Origin: a virus
Lineage: Duplodnaviria > Caudoviricetes
Virus record (IMG/VR): IMGVR_UViG_3300035492_000416
Span: 1-43,080 of that record
DNA: 43,080 nt
Reading direction: 5' to 3' (one strand)
Part shown: positions 36,005-43,080 of the stretch, one piece after another
Layout: each line of letters starts with the position of its first letter
How positions within the stretch are numbered: position 1 is the stretch's first letter
Notes under the pieces: model-generated
Databases searched by the model: none
What the model was told of the DNA's origin: nothing
The model's input: the letters and a program-made list of their open reading frames with translations, nothing else
Program-made: the position numbers and the translations under genes

Positions 36005-36766
36005 ATGGAACTCGAAACCCACCAGCTCTACGCACTGTTCACCATGCTTGTCAGCATCGCCATACTGATCGGCCTTAGCTACTGCGCCGGTCTGCGCACA
36101 GGCCGAGCGGCCGGTATTCAGCAGGGCGGCAGATCGGCCAAGCGCTACGCGAAGTGTCTTCTGCAGGTCACCCAGGCAGAGCAAGCCGAGCTGCGCCAAA
36201 TGCTCGCCCGCGAGGAGCAACACACCGACAGCATCCGCGCCCAGCTCGATACGATGCGAACAGCACTCCACCAGGAGCAGGCCGAGCACAACATCATCGT
36301 CAAGGATCTGCTCGAAGAGCTGCAGCGCGAGCGCTCGAATGGCCTCACTCACGCGGACCATCAGATGCTGGTTCAGGTTGCTCGCGTGCTCGGACACGCC
36401 GCCGCCCAAGCCCGTAAAACCGGCACATCTAAAACCAACCAGTTCGCCGCAGCGCAAAGCCAAGTCACCGAACTCGCTATCCGCGCCCATGCCGCAGCGA
36501 CCGCGCCCAAGCTCAAGGCCGCGCTGGCCGAGAGCGACATCACAGACACAGACATGATTGAGTGGCTGGAGCGTGAGGCGACCGCCAACGGTGAGCACGA
36601 GCAGGTTGCGCTGTATTTCCCGGTTGCGCTGCCCGAAACGGGCCTGCCTACCCTTCGCGGCATCTTGCAGCTGGCTATCGAGCAGCACCGTGAGCGCGAG
36701 CAAGGGCTGGGTACTTGGGAGCGCGTCGACGCTGAAGTTCAGCCCGCCGCTGCCATGTGTGCGTGA
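36005..36766 (+). CDS. Membrane-anchored coiled-coil hypothetical protein
   Basis: AGGAG SD, N-terminal TM helix, long Q/E/A-rich helix. Confidence 0.8.
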   Translation: MELETHQLYALFTMLVSIAILIGLSYCAGLRTGRAAGIQQGGRSAKRYAKCLLQVTQAEQAELRQMLAREEQHTDSIRAQLDTMRTALHQEQAEHNIIVKDLLEELQRERSNGLTHADHQMLVQVARVLGHAAAQARKTGTSKTNQFAAAQSQVTELAIRAHAAATAPKLKAALAESDITDTDMIEWLEREATANGEHEQVALYFPVALPETGLPTLRGILQLAIEQHREREQGLGTWERVDAEVQPAAAMCA

Positions 36767-36776
36767 GGTGCGAGCT

Positions 36777-37001
36777 ATGAACCGTCGCACCTACCCACTG
36801 CGCCGCCTCTCCCCCGAGGCGGGCGGCAAAGCCCTTCACGACCTGAGCCGCGCCAAACGGCGCCTGGCTCAACTCGACGCCGAGCACAGCGCACTGCTGA
36901 ACGCAATCCGGAGCGAATTCGGCACTGAAACCCTATGGCGCCTGCAGGCCAATGCCCGCAAGGCCATCGCCCTGCAGCAGTTGCAGGAGGAATACGCATG
37001 A
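36777..37001 (+). CDS. Hypothetical early protein (74 aa)
   Basis: GAGG SD before ATG 36777; MNRRTYPLRRLSPEAGG...EEYA*. Confidence 0.75.
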   Translation: MNRRTYPLRRLSPEAGGKALHDLSRAKRRLAQLDAEHSALLNAIRSEFGTETLWRLQANARKAIALQQLQEEYA

Positions 37002-38287
37002 GCCCACAAGCTTTATCTGACAAGAATGTGGTCAGATTACGCGACACAACGCGAAATCTGATCAATACAGTAGCAACCGACTCTCTAAACGTCGGTGCCG
37101 CTAATGCTCTCGAAACTCCCCCGCCTGTCCCGGCTCGCTCTGCTGTTGCTTCTGCTCTTCTGGAGCGGCAAGGCTTCCTCGCCACCGCTGCACTCGGAGC
37201 CCCGGCCGTGCGAAAGCACGGCGGCGGCCAGGCACTGCGCGCACTCCTAACTGAGCAGACGGAAGGCCGCCATGCGCGCTTAACCGGTGGCGAGATAAAA
37301 AGTCTCTGCTGCGTAGCAGCAGGCATTATCGCTCTTGCTTCCCGCCCATGCGGAGCCCACGCACACCCCCTGACAGGCGTGCGCCGGGCCGCGCACCCTG
37401 CTGCCCCGCTTCGCTCATCGCCCCGCCCGCACGCGCAGCATGTTTTGAAGGTTCCACAAAGAACGTTGAGCCGGAAACGAAGAAACGCGGCGCATCGCAT
37501 AGACCTAAGGCGGTTCGAAGCACACTCGTTGGGCTGGCTAGCCATAAGGATGGAGATCAACAAACGTGCAGATCGACTTAGACATTTTGTCGTACTTGAA
37601 CTTCAAGTCTTCATCCCAAGCAGCAACCTCGCTGAGCCTGAACTTACGCGTACCCTTAAGGACATCAACGAGCGCGCCGTCAATCAGATAAACGCCGCGT
37701 TTTATAGCCAGCCAGGCGTCAGCCACGGCTTTGTCTTCGATCGATGCAAAAGCGATCGTCTCCATGTCGGCTGCGCTACTTCGGATCATATTCTGGAGAT
37801 GCTGGTACTCGGCGAGGGTGATAGAGCTAGCGTCTCGGACCTTATCCATAAGATGCCCAACGCTTGCAACTGCATAGCTAGCAGCTTGCAGAGCTTTTTC
37901 CATGTATTGGTGTGCATCGCGGTATCGGGCCGATTCTTCTCTTGCGCGGGCTCTAGCCGACTCCTTACGGGCGACATCTTGTTGCCAGTAAGCGACCGCG
38001 AAACCAGCCAGTATCGCACCGATGGATCCGACGGCTTGAACCCAGCCGCTGATATCACCCGGCTTCATATCGGCAATGAGGCGCAGGCAAAGTACCAAAA
38101 CAGCCAGCAACCAGACTGGAATTACTACCAAGCTCAGCACGCACGTCAGCCTGTAAAGAAACGTCCAGCTCCAGATTCTCATAGCAGCTCTCTAAGCCTT
38201 CCTGCGTTGGTGATGGAAAGCTTGCTGAGTTTCGGAGCGGCCGTCCACAACCGCTTTGTGACGGCAAGGATGGAGGACGCGGCATGA
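36998..38287 (+). CDS. Long ORF (429 aa) coupled at both ends and spanning an antisense gene; may not encode a folded protein
   Basis: GGAGG SD + ATGA overlap at 36998; ATGA overlap with xis at 38284-38287; no recognisable domain. Confidence 0.45.
   Translation: MSPQALSDKNVVRLRDTTRNLINTVATDSLNVGAANALETPPPVPARSAVASALLERQGFLATAALGAPAVRKHGGGQALRALLTEQTEGRHARLTGGEIKSLCCVAAGIIALASRPCGAHAHPLTGVRRAAHPAAPLRSSPRPHAQHVLKVPQRTLSRKRRNAAHRIDLRRFEAHSLGWLAIRMEINKRADRLRHFVVLELQVFIPSSNLAEPELTRTLKDINERAVNQINAAFYSQPGVSHGFVFDRCKSDRLHVGCATSDHILEMLVLGEGDRASVSDLIHKMPNACNCIASSLQSFFHVLVCIAVSGRFFSCAGSSRLLTGDILLPVSDRETSQYRTDGSDGLNPAADITRLHIGNEAQAKYQNSQQPDWNYYQAQHARQPVKKRPAPDSHSSSLSLPALVMESLLSFGAAVHNRFVTARMEDAA
37538..38182 (-). 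CDS. Membrane protein moron (two N-terminal TM helices)
   Basis: WVQAVGSIGAILAGFAVAYWQ motif common in phage cargo membrane proteins, then helical domain; AT-richer. Confidence 0.8.
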   Translation of the reverse strand: MRIWSWTFLYRLTCVLSLVVIPVWLLAVLVLCLRLIADMKPGDISGWVQAVGSIGAILAGFAVAYWQQDVARKESARARAREESARYRDAHQYMEKALQAASYAVASVGHLMDKVRDASSITLAEYQHLQNMIRSSAADMETIAFASIEDKAVADAWLAIKRGVYLIDGALVDVLKGTRKFRLSEVAAWDEDLKFKYDKMSKSICTFVDLHPYG

Positions 38288-38481
38288 GCTCGCCCCGCTG
38301 GGTACTCATACCCAAAGCCGCCGAGCTGTACGGCTACAGCAAGACGGCCATCGAACACAAGGTCAAGAACGGCACTTGGGCGCAGGGGCGGATCTGGCGG
38401 AAGGCCCGGGACGGGCGGATCTTCATCAACATAGAGGAGGTGGACAAGTGGGTCGAGCAGTCTCCGCAGGAAGCGGCATAG
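38284..38481 (+). CDS. xis: Excisionase
   Basis: Small winged-HTH (KAAELYGYS..IEHKVKNGTW..WRKARDGRIFIN) overlapping integrase start. Confidence 0.85.
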   Translation: MSSPRWVLIPKAAELYGYSKTAIEHKVKNGTWAQGRIWRKARDGRIFINIEEVDKWVEQSPQEAA

Positions 38482-39695
38482 AGGCCGAACTGGCGAAACA
38501 CACCGGCATCGAGATCCACGGCAGCAGCATACGCATCGTGTTCATGTGGCGTAAGCGCCGCTGCCGAGAGACGCTAGGCCTTCCCGTAACAAAAGCCAAC
38601 ATCAAGCACGCCGCCCAGCTCCGGGCGGCAGTGCTTCATGACATCAAAATGGGGAAGTTCGACTACGCCCACCACTTCCCCGAGTCCCGCCAGGCTGGCA
38701 ACTACAGCAGCAGCCGGGACGAACGCCTGGCGGCACTGCTGGAGCGTTACAAACCGCTGAAGGCAGTAGACATCACTGAGGAAACGGAGCGGCGCTATAA
38801 CTTGGCTCTCGATATCTGTGTCGAGATGCTGGGCAAGGATCGCCTCGGCAGCGTACTGCTGCCGGAAGACATTCAGAAGCTACGCGTAGAGCTGATCGAG
38901 ACGCGAGCCACATCCACAGCCAACCATTATCTAGCAACTCTTGCCGGCTTCCTCGGTTGGTGTGAAGCCAACGGTTATTGCCGGCTGGGGCTGGCCAACG
39001 CCTGCACGCGCTTCGAGATGACGGACCGCGACCCAGATCCGCTGACGAAATCAGAGGTTGAGGATTTGCTGCAGAAGGGCTGCCTGCATCCCATGGATCG
39101 AGCCGCCGTGACGCTCGCGGTCTACACCGGCCTTCGGCCGGGCGAACTGTGCGCGCTGGCCCATGAGGACGTCGACTTGGTGAGAGGCGTGATCCACGTT
39201 AACCGAGCGATTACGAGTGCCGGCGCATTCAAGCTGCCCAAGACTGGAAAGAAGCGAACCGTACTGCTTTTTCCGCCGGCACTGGAAGCCTGCCGCGAGT
39301 TGCTGGCGTTCAAGCACAACATCGATCCTCAGACCATTACCGTTCAGCTCACCCGCCACGAGTCGGTTCCGGAAACCGTCACGCCGTTGATCTCGCCACG
39401 CGTCCAGGCGCGCAAGAAGCACGTCAACACATGGTTCATCCCGTCCTCATGGAATTCGAAGTGGGCGAACATCCAACGCCGCGCACAGATTCGCCCGCGA
39501 CGCCCGTACCAGACCAGGCACACCTACGCCTGCTGGTGCCTAGTAGCGCGTGGTAACCTTGCGTTCATTGCCAAACAGATGGGGCACAAGGACTTCACGA
39601 TGCTTGTCCAGGTCTACGCCAAATGGATGGACGACGAGTCCCCGAACGAGCTACTCCACATTTGGAGTAGGCTTGAGCAAAAAAAAGGCCCCTGA
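38448..39695 (+). CDS. int: Tyrosine integrase with N-terminal arm-binding domain
   Basis: SIRIVFMW..RCRETL arm domain; TGLRPGEL, KTGK, YQTRHT, MGH, VYAKW; GAGGAGG SD before GTG 38448. Confidence 0.95.
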   Translation: MGRAVSAGSGIEAELAKHTGIEIHGSSIRIVFMWRKRRCRETLGLPVTKANIKHAAQLRAAVLHDIKMGKFDYAHHFPESRQAGNYSSSRDERLAALLERYKPLKAVDITEETERRYNLALDICVEMLGKDRLGSVLLPEDIQKLRVELIETRATSTANHYLATLAGFLGWCEANGYCRLGLANACTRFEMTDRDPDPLTKSEVEDLLQKGCLHPMDRAAVTLAVYTGLRPGELCALAHEDVDLVRGVIHVNRAITSAGAFKLPKTGKKRTVLLFPPALEACRELLAFKHNIDPQTITVQLTRHESVPETVTPLISPRVQARKKHVNTWFIPSSWNSKWANIQRRAQIRPRRPYQTRHTYACWCLVARGNLAFIAKQMGHKDFTMLVQVYAKWMDDESPNELLHIWSRLEQKKGP

Positions 39696-39707
39696 CGGGG
39701 CCTTTTT
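39679..39707. terminator. Bidirectional terminator between int and the convergent cargo operon
   Basis: A8-GGCCCC-TGAC-GGGGCC-T5. Confidence 0.85.
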
Positions 39708-39723
39708 ACAACATAGGAAGCTT

Positions 39724-39855
39724 TTAAGCTGCTTTCTCAGCCACATGTTGCTTGTGGGCTTGTTCGACACGCTCGAGCTTCAACTCAATCGAGCGCAGCA
39801 GCGCCTTGGCTTCTTTTGCAAGTGCCATAAATTGAATGTCATTAAGCTTCATCAT
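39724..39855 (-). CDS. 43-aa helical peptide (absent from ORF track)
   Basis: MMKLNDIQFMALAKEAKALLRSIELKLERVEQAHKQHVAEKAA*; GAGG SD and ATGA overlap with upstream gene. Confidence 0.7.
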   Translation of the reverse strand: MMKLNDIQFMALAKEAKALLRSIELKLERVEQAHKQHVAEKAA

Positions 39856-40178
39856 ACGAACGGCCTCTTTTCTAGCGTGGTCACGCAATTATTGAGCAGA
39901 TCTGCGTCATCATCGTCAATGGCTCGGGCTATGCCTTCCATCAACTCAAGATACTCACGCGCCTTACCTGCTACCAATGGATCCTGAATATCGTCTGCCA
40001 GCAAATCGATAATCGAGCAGACTTTATGGAATTGCTTAGCAATTTCTGCATACGTAGGGTTTTCTAACCGTAGCACAGAAATCGAGTAATTCTTCGCGCT
40101 ATGAAGGAAACGGTTGGCTACGTGCAGCAGATCTTCGTAAAGACCCTGAACAATCCTTGTTTTTTCGTCCTGCGTCAT
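39852..40178 (-). CDS. Acidic all-helical hypothetical cargo protein (108 aa)
   Basis: AT-rich ORF between int and att, GGTGG SD-like sequence. Confidence 0.8.
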   Translation of the reverse strand: MTQDEKTRIVQGLYEDLLHVANRFLHSAKNYSISVLRLENPTYAEIAKQFHKVCSIIDLLADDIQDPLVAGKAREYLELMEGIARAIDDDDADLLNNCVTTLEKRPFV

Positions 40179-40450
40179 GTTTCCACCCGCTCAAATGACG
40201 CGCGATTCTACACTCGCGCCCTCATTTGTCAAGCTGCACCTATCTGTTCCGCAGCGAGTGAAAACATCCTTAGTGAATTACTCTGTCTTTACTGACACTA
40301 TCATTGCCGCAAGAGTTCCACCACTACGGAACTGTGACATTTGTCGCTTCCGCAGACTAGAGCGACGCATGGTACGCTTATCCGCATAGCTCGCTAGCCC
40401 CAGCTTTCTCGGTTTCTACGCCCACTGCAGCAGAAGCAGCATGTGGCCAT

Positions 40451-40470
40451 GATGCCCCAAATTTGCCCCA
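40451..40470 (+). repeat. Integrase arm-type binding repeats, right end (TGCCCCA x2, 11-bp period)
   Basis: GATGCCCCAAATTTGCCCCA, matches 47-66. Confidence 0.75.
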
Positions 40471-40500
40471 CTGATTCGCCAACCCCTCGCTAACCTCCTG

Positions 40501-43080
40501 ATGAATAAAGCAATTCCTGATCTGTCACAGCATACCCCCATGATGCAGCAATATTGGAAGCTCAAGCGCGAGCACCCAGACCAGCTGATGTTCTACCGCA
40601 TGGGCGATTTCTACGAGCTGTTCTACGACGATGCCAAGAAGGCCGCCGCGCTGCTCGACATTACCCTGACTGCGCGCGGGCAGTCGGCGGGCACGGCGAT
40701 CCCTATGGCGGGTATTCCTTTTCATTCCGCCGAGGGCTACCTGGCGCGACTGGTCAAGCTTGGCGAATCGGTGGTGATCTGCGAGCAGATCGGCGACCCG
40801 GCGACCAGCAAAGGGCCGGTGGAGCGCCAGGTGGTACGTATCATCACCCCTGGCACGGTGAGCGACGAGGCGCTGCTCGACGAGCGCCGCGACAACCTGC
40901 TGGCGGCGGTAGTCGGTGACGAGAAGCTGTTCGGCCTGTCGGTGCTGGACATCGCCAGCGGCCGTTTCAGCGTGCAGGAACTCAAGGGCTGGGAGACCCT
41001 GCTCGCCGAACTGGAGCGCCTGAGCCCGGCAGAATTGCTGATCCCCGACGACTGGCCGCAGGGCCTGCCGCTGGAGAAACGCCGCGGCGTGCGCCGTCGC
41101 GCGCCCTGGGATTTCGATCGCGACTCGGCGTTCAAGAGCCTCTGCCAGCAGTTCTCCACCCAGGACCTAAAGGGCTTCGGCTGCGAGAACCTGACCCTGG
41201 CGATTGGTGCCGCCGGCTGCCTGCTGGCCTACGCCAAGGAAACCCAGCGCACCGCCCTGCCCCACCTGCGCAGCCTGCGTCATGAGCGCCTCGACGACAC
41301 GGTGATCCTCGACGGTGCCAGCCGGCGCAATCTGGAGCTGGACGTCAACCTGGCCGGCGGCCGCGAGAACACACTGCAATCGGTCATGGACCGCTGCCAG
41401 ACCGCCATGGGCTCGCGCCTGCTGACCCGCTGGCTGAATCGCCCGCTGCGCAACCGCGAGATCCTCGAAGCACGCCAGGACTCGATCACCTGCCTGCTCG
41501 AGCACTACCGCTTCGAACAGCTGCAGCCGCAGCTCAAGGACATCGGTGACCTGGAACGCATCCTCGCTCGTATCGGCCTGCGCAACGCCCGTCCGCGCGA
41601 TCTGGCGCGCCTGCGCGACGCACTCGCTGCGCTACCGCAGCTGCAGGCCGGCATGCGGGACCTGGTGGCACCGCATCTGCTGGAACTGGCGAAAAGCATC
41701 AGCACCTACCCGGAACTGGCCGACCTGCTGGCGCGCGCCATCATCGACAATCCGCCCGCGGTGATCCGCGACGGCGGTGTGCTCAAGACCGGCTACGACG
41801 CCGAGCTGGACGAGCTGCAGTCGCTCTCCGAGAACGCCGGCCAGTACCTGATGGATCTGGAGACCCGCGAGAAAGCGCGCACCGGGCTGGCCAACCTCAA
41901 GGTCGGCTACAACCGCGTGCACGGCTACTTCATCGAGCTGCCGAGCAAACAGGCCGAATCGGCGCCGGCCGACTACATCCGCCGGCAGACGCTCAAGGGC
42001 GCCGAGCGCTTCATCACCCCTGAGCTGAAAGAGTTCGAAGACAAGGCGCTGTCGGCCAAGAGCCGCGCCCTTGCCCGTGAAAAGCTGCTCTATGACGAGC
42101 TGCTGGAACTGCTCATCGGCCACCTGGCACCGCTACAGGAAAGTGCCGCCGCACTGGCCGAGCTGGACGTGCTGAGCAATCTCGCCGAGCGGGCGCTCAA
42201 TCTCGACCTGAATCGCCCGCGCTTCGTCGAGCAGCCGTGCATGCGTATCGAGCAGGGTCGCCACCCGGTGGTCGAGCAGGTATTGGAGACGCCTTTCGTC
42301 GCCAACGACCTGGACCTCGACGATGCCACCCGCATGCTGGTCATCACCGGGCCGAACATGGGCGGTAAATCGACCTACATGCGCCAGACCGCGCTGATCG
42401 TGCTGCTGGCACAGATCGGCAGCTTCGTCCCCGCCGCAGCTTGCGAGCTGTCGCTGGTGGACCGCATCTTCACCCGCATCGGCTCTTCGGACGACCTCGC
42501 TGGCGGGCGCTCCACCTTCATGGTGGAAATGAGCGAGACCGCCAACATCCTGCACAACGCCAGTGATCGCAGCCTGGTCCTGATGGACGAGGTCGGCCGC
42601 GGCACCAGCACCTTCGACGGCCTGTCGCTGGCCTGGGCAGCAGCCGAGCACCTCGCCAAGCTGCGCGCGTTCACGCTGTTCGCCACTCACTACTTCGAAC
42701 TGACCGTGCTGCCGGAAAGCGAGCCGGTGGTAGCCAACGTGCACCTCTCGGCCACCGAGCACAACGAGCGCATCGTGTTTCTGCACCATGTACTGCCTGG
42801 CCCGGCGAGCCAGAGCTATGGCCTGGCGGTGGCGCAGCTAGCCGGTGTGCCGGGCGAAGTCATCCAGCGTGCACGCGACCATCTGTCGCGCCTGGAAACC
42901 ACCAGCCTGCCCCACGAAGCGCCGAGAATGGCACCCGGCCAGCCGGCACCGCCGATGCAGAGCGACCTGTTCGCCAGCCTGCCGCATCCGGTGCTCGAGG
43001 AATTGGGCCGGATCAATCCCGATGATGTGACGCCGCGCCAGGCGCTGGACCTGCTATACAGCTTGAAATCACGCATTTGA
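40501..43080 (+). CDS. mutS: DNA mismatch repair protein MutS (full length)
   Basis: [15 protein letters not shown], Walker [33 protein letters not shown]. Confidence 0.99.
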   Translation: MNKAIPDLSQHTPMMQQYWKLKREHPDQLMFYRMGDFYELFYDDAKKAAALLDITLTARGQSAGTAIPMAGIPFHSAEGYLARLVKLGESVVICEQIGDPATSKGPVERQVVRIITPGTVSDEALLDERRDNLLAAVVGDEKLFGLSVLDIASGRFSVQELKGWETLLAELERLSPAELLIPDDWPQGLPLEKRRGVRRRAPWDFDRDSAFKSLCQQFSTQDLKGFGCENLTLAIGAAGCLLAYAKETQRTALPHLRSLRHERLDDTVILDGASRRNLELDVNLAGGRENTLQSVMDRCQTAMGSRLLTRWLNRPLRNREILEARQDSITCLLEHYRFEQLQPQLKDIGDLERILARIGLRNARPRDLARLRDALAALPQLQAGMRDLVAPHLLELAKSISTYPELADLLARAIIDNPPAVIRDGGVLKTGYDAELDELQSLSENAGQYLMDLETREKARTGLANLKVGYNRVHGYFIELPSKQAESAPADYIRRQTLKGAERFITPELKEFEDKALSAKSRALAREKLLYDELLELLIGHLAPLQESAAALAELDVLSNLAERALNLDLNRPRFVEQPCMRIEQGRHPVVEQVLETPFVANDLDLDDATRMLVITGPNMGGKSTYMRQTALIVLLAQIGSFVPAAACELSLVDRIFTRIGSSDDLAGGRSTFMVEMSETANILHNASDRSLVLMDEVGRGTSTFDGLSLAWAAAEHLAKLRAFTLFATHYFELTVLPESEPVVANVHLSATEHNERIVFLHHVLPGPASQSYGLAVAQLAGVPGEVIQRARDHLSRLETTSLPHEAPRMAPGQPAPPMQSDLFASLPHPVLEELGRINPDDVTPRQALDLLYSLKSRI
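40531..40551 (+). other. Probable att core within mutS codons H-T-P-M-M-Q-Q
   Basis: CATACCCCCATGATGCAGCAA, 60 bp from the arm repeats; this motif is a known integration target in proteobacterial mutS; second copy not in window. Confidence 0.55.

Larger units (their letters stand above)
1..40530. mobile_element. Temperate lambdoid-type siphophage prophage integrated at the 5' end of mutS; left att core probably just upstream of base 1
   Basis: Full set of integration, immunity, replication, packaging, head, tail and lysis genes; matching arm-type repeats at 47-66 and 40451-40470; abuts mutS. Confidence 0.95.

Noticed and set aside
33891-36790. Long minus-strand ORFs (335, 321, 280 aa) over the early operon
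   Set aside because: Shadows of well-supported, coupled + strand genes
40554-43076. Alternative ORFs inside mutS
   Set aside because: Overlap a highly conserved intact gene and have no independent support

Overview
The window is an essentially complete (~40.5 kb) temperate siphophage prophage from a Pseudomonas-like host, followed by the host mutS gene (40501-43080). The phage appears to be integrated in the 5' end of mutS (HTPMMQQ motif). Paired TGCCCCA integrase arm-type repeats sit at both ends (47-66, 40451-40470); the left att core is probably just outside the window. From right to left: a two-gene cargo operon, integrase/excisionase, an early operon (antirepressor, PrtN-like activator, a long ORF with a nested antisense membrane gene), a CI/Cro switch with five palindromic operators, CII, TraR/PtrB-like zinc finger, Toprim-VapE primase-helicase, PA0613-like late regulator, putative origin, holin, HNH/terminase/HK97-type head, non-contractile tail with a poorly annotated tail-tip module, M15 endolysin with Rz/Rz1, and left-end cargo (Cys-rich secreted miniprotein, LexA-boxed umuDC plus SRAP, DUF2971 protein). 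The most notable unannotated signals are: (1) a ~275-nt multi-hairpin element between cro and cII, with its own promoter and terminator, whose repeated CTGTGGTGG loops are complementary to CCACCAC-loop hairpins at ribosome-binding sites in the early operon; (2) a Cro-like protein with five [D/E]RRxx repeats resembling c-di-GMP-binding motifs; (3) a translationally coupled ORF spanning an antisense moron; (4) a gene order mirroring the pyocin/tailocin regulatory locus. All family calls come from motif recognition by eye; no database searches were run.
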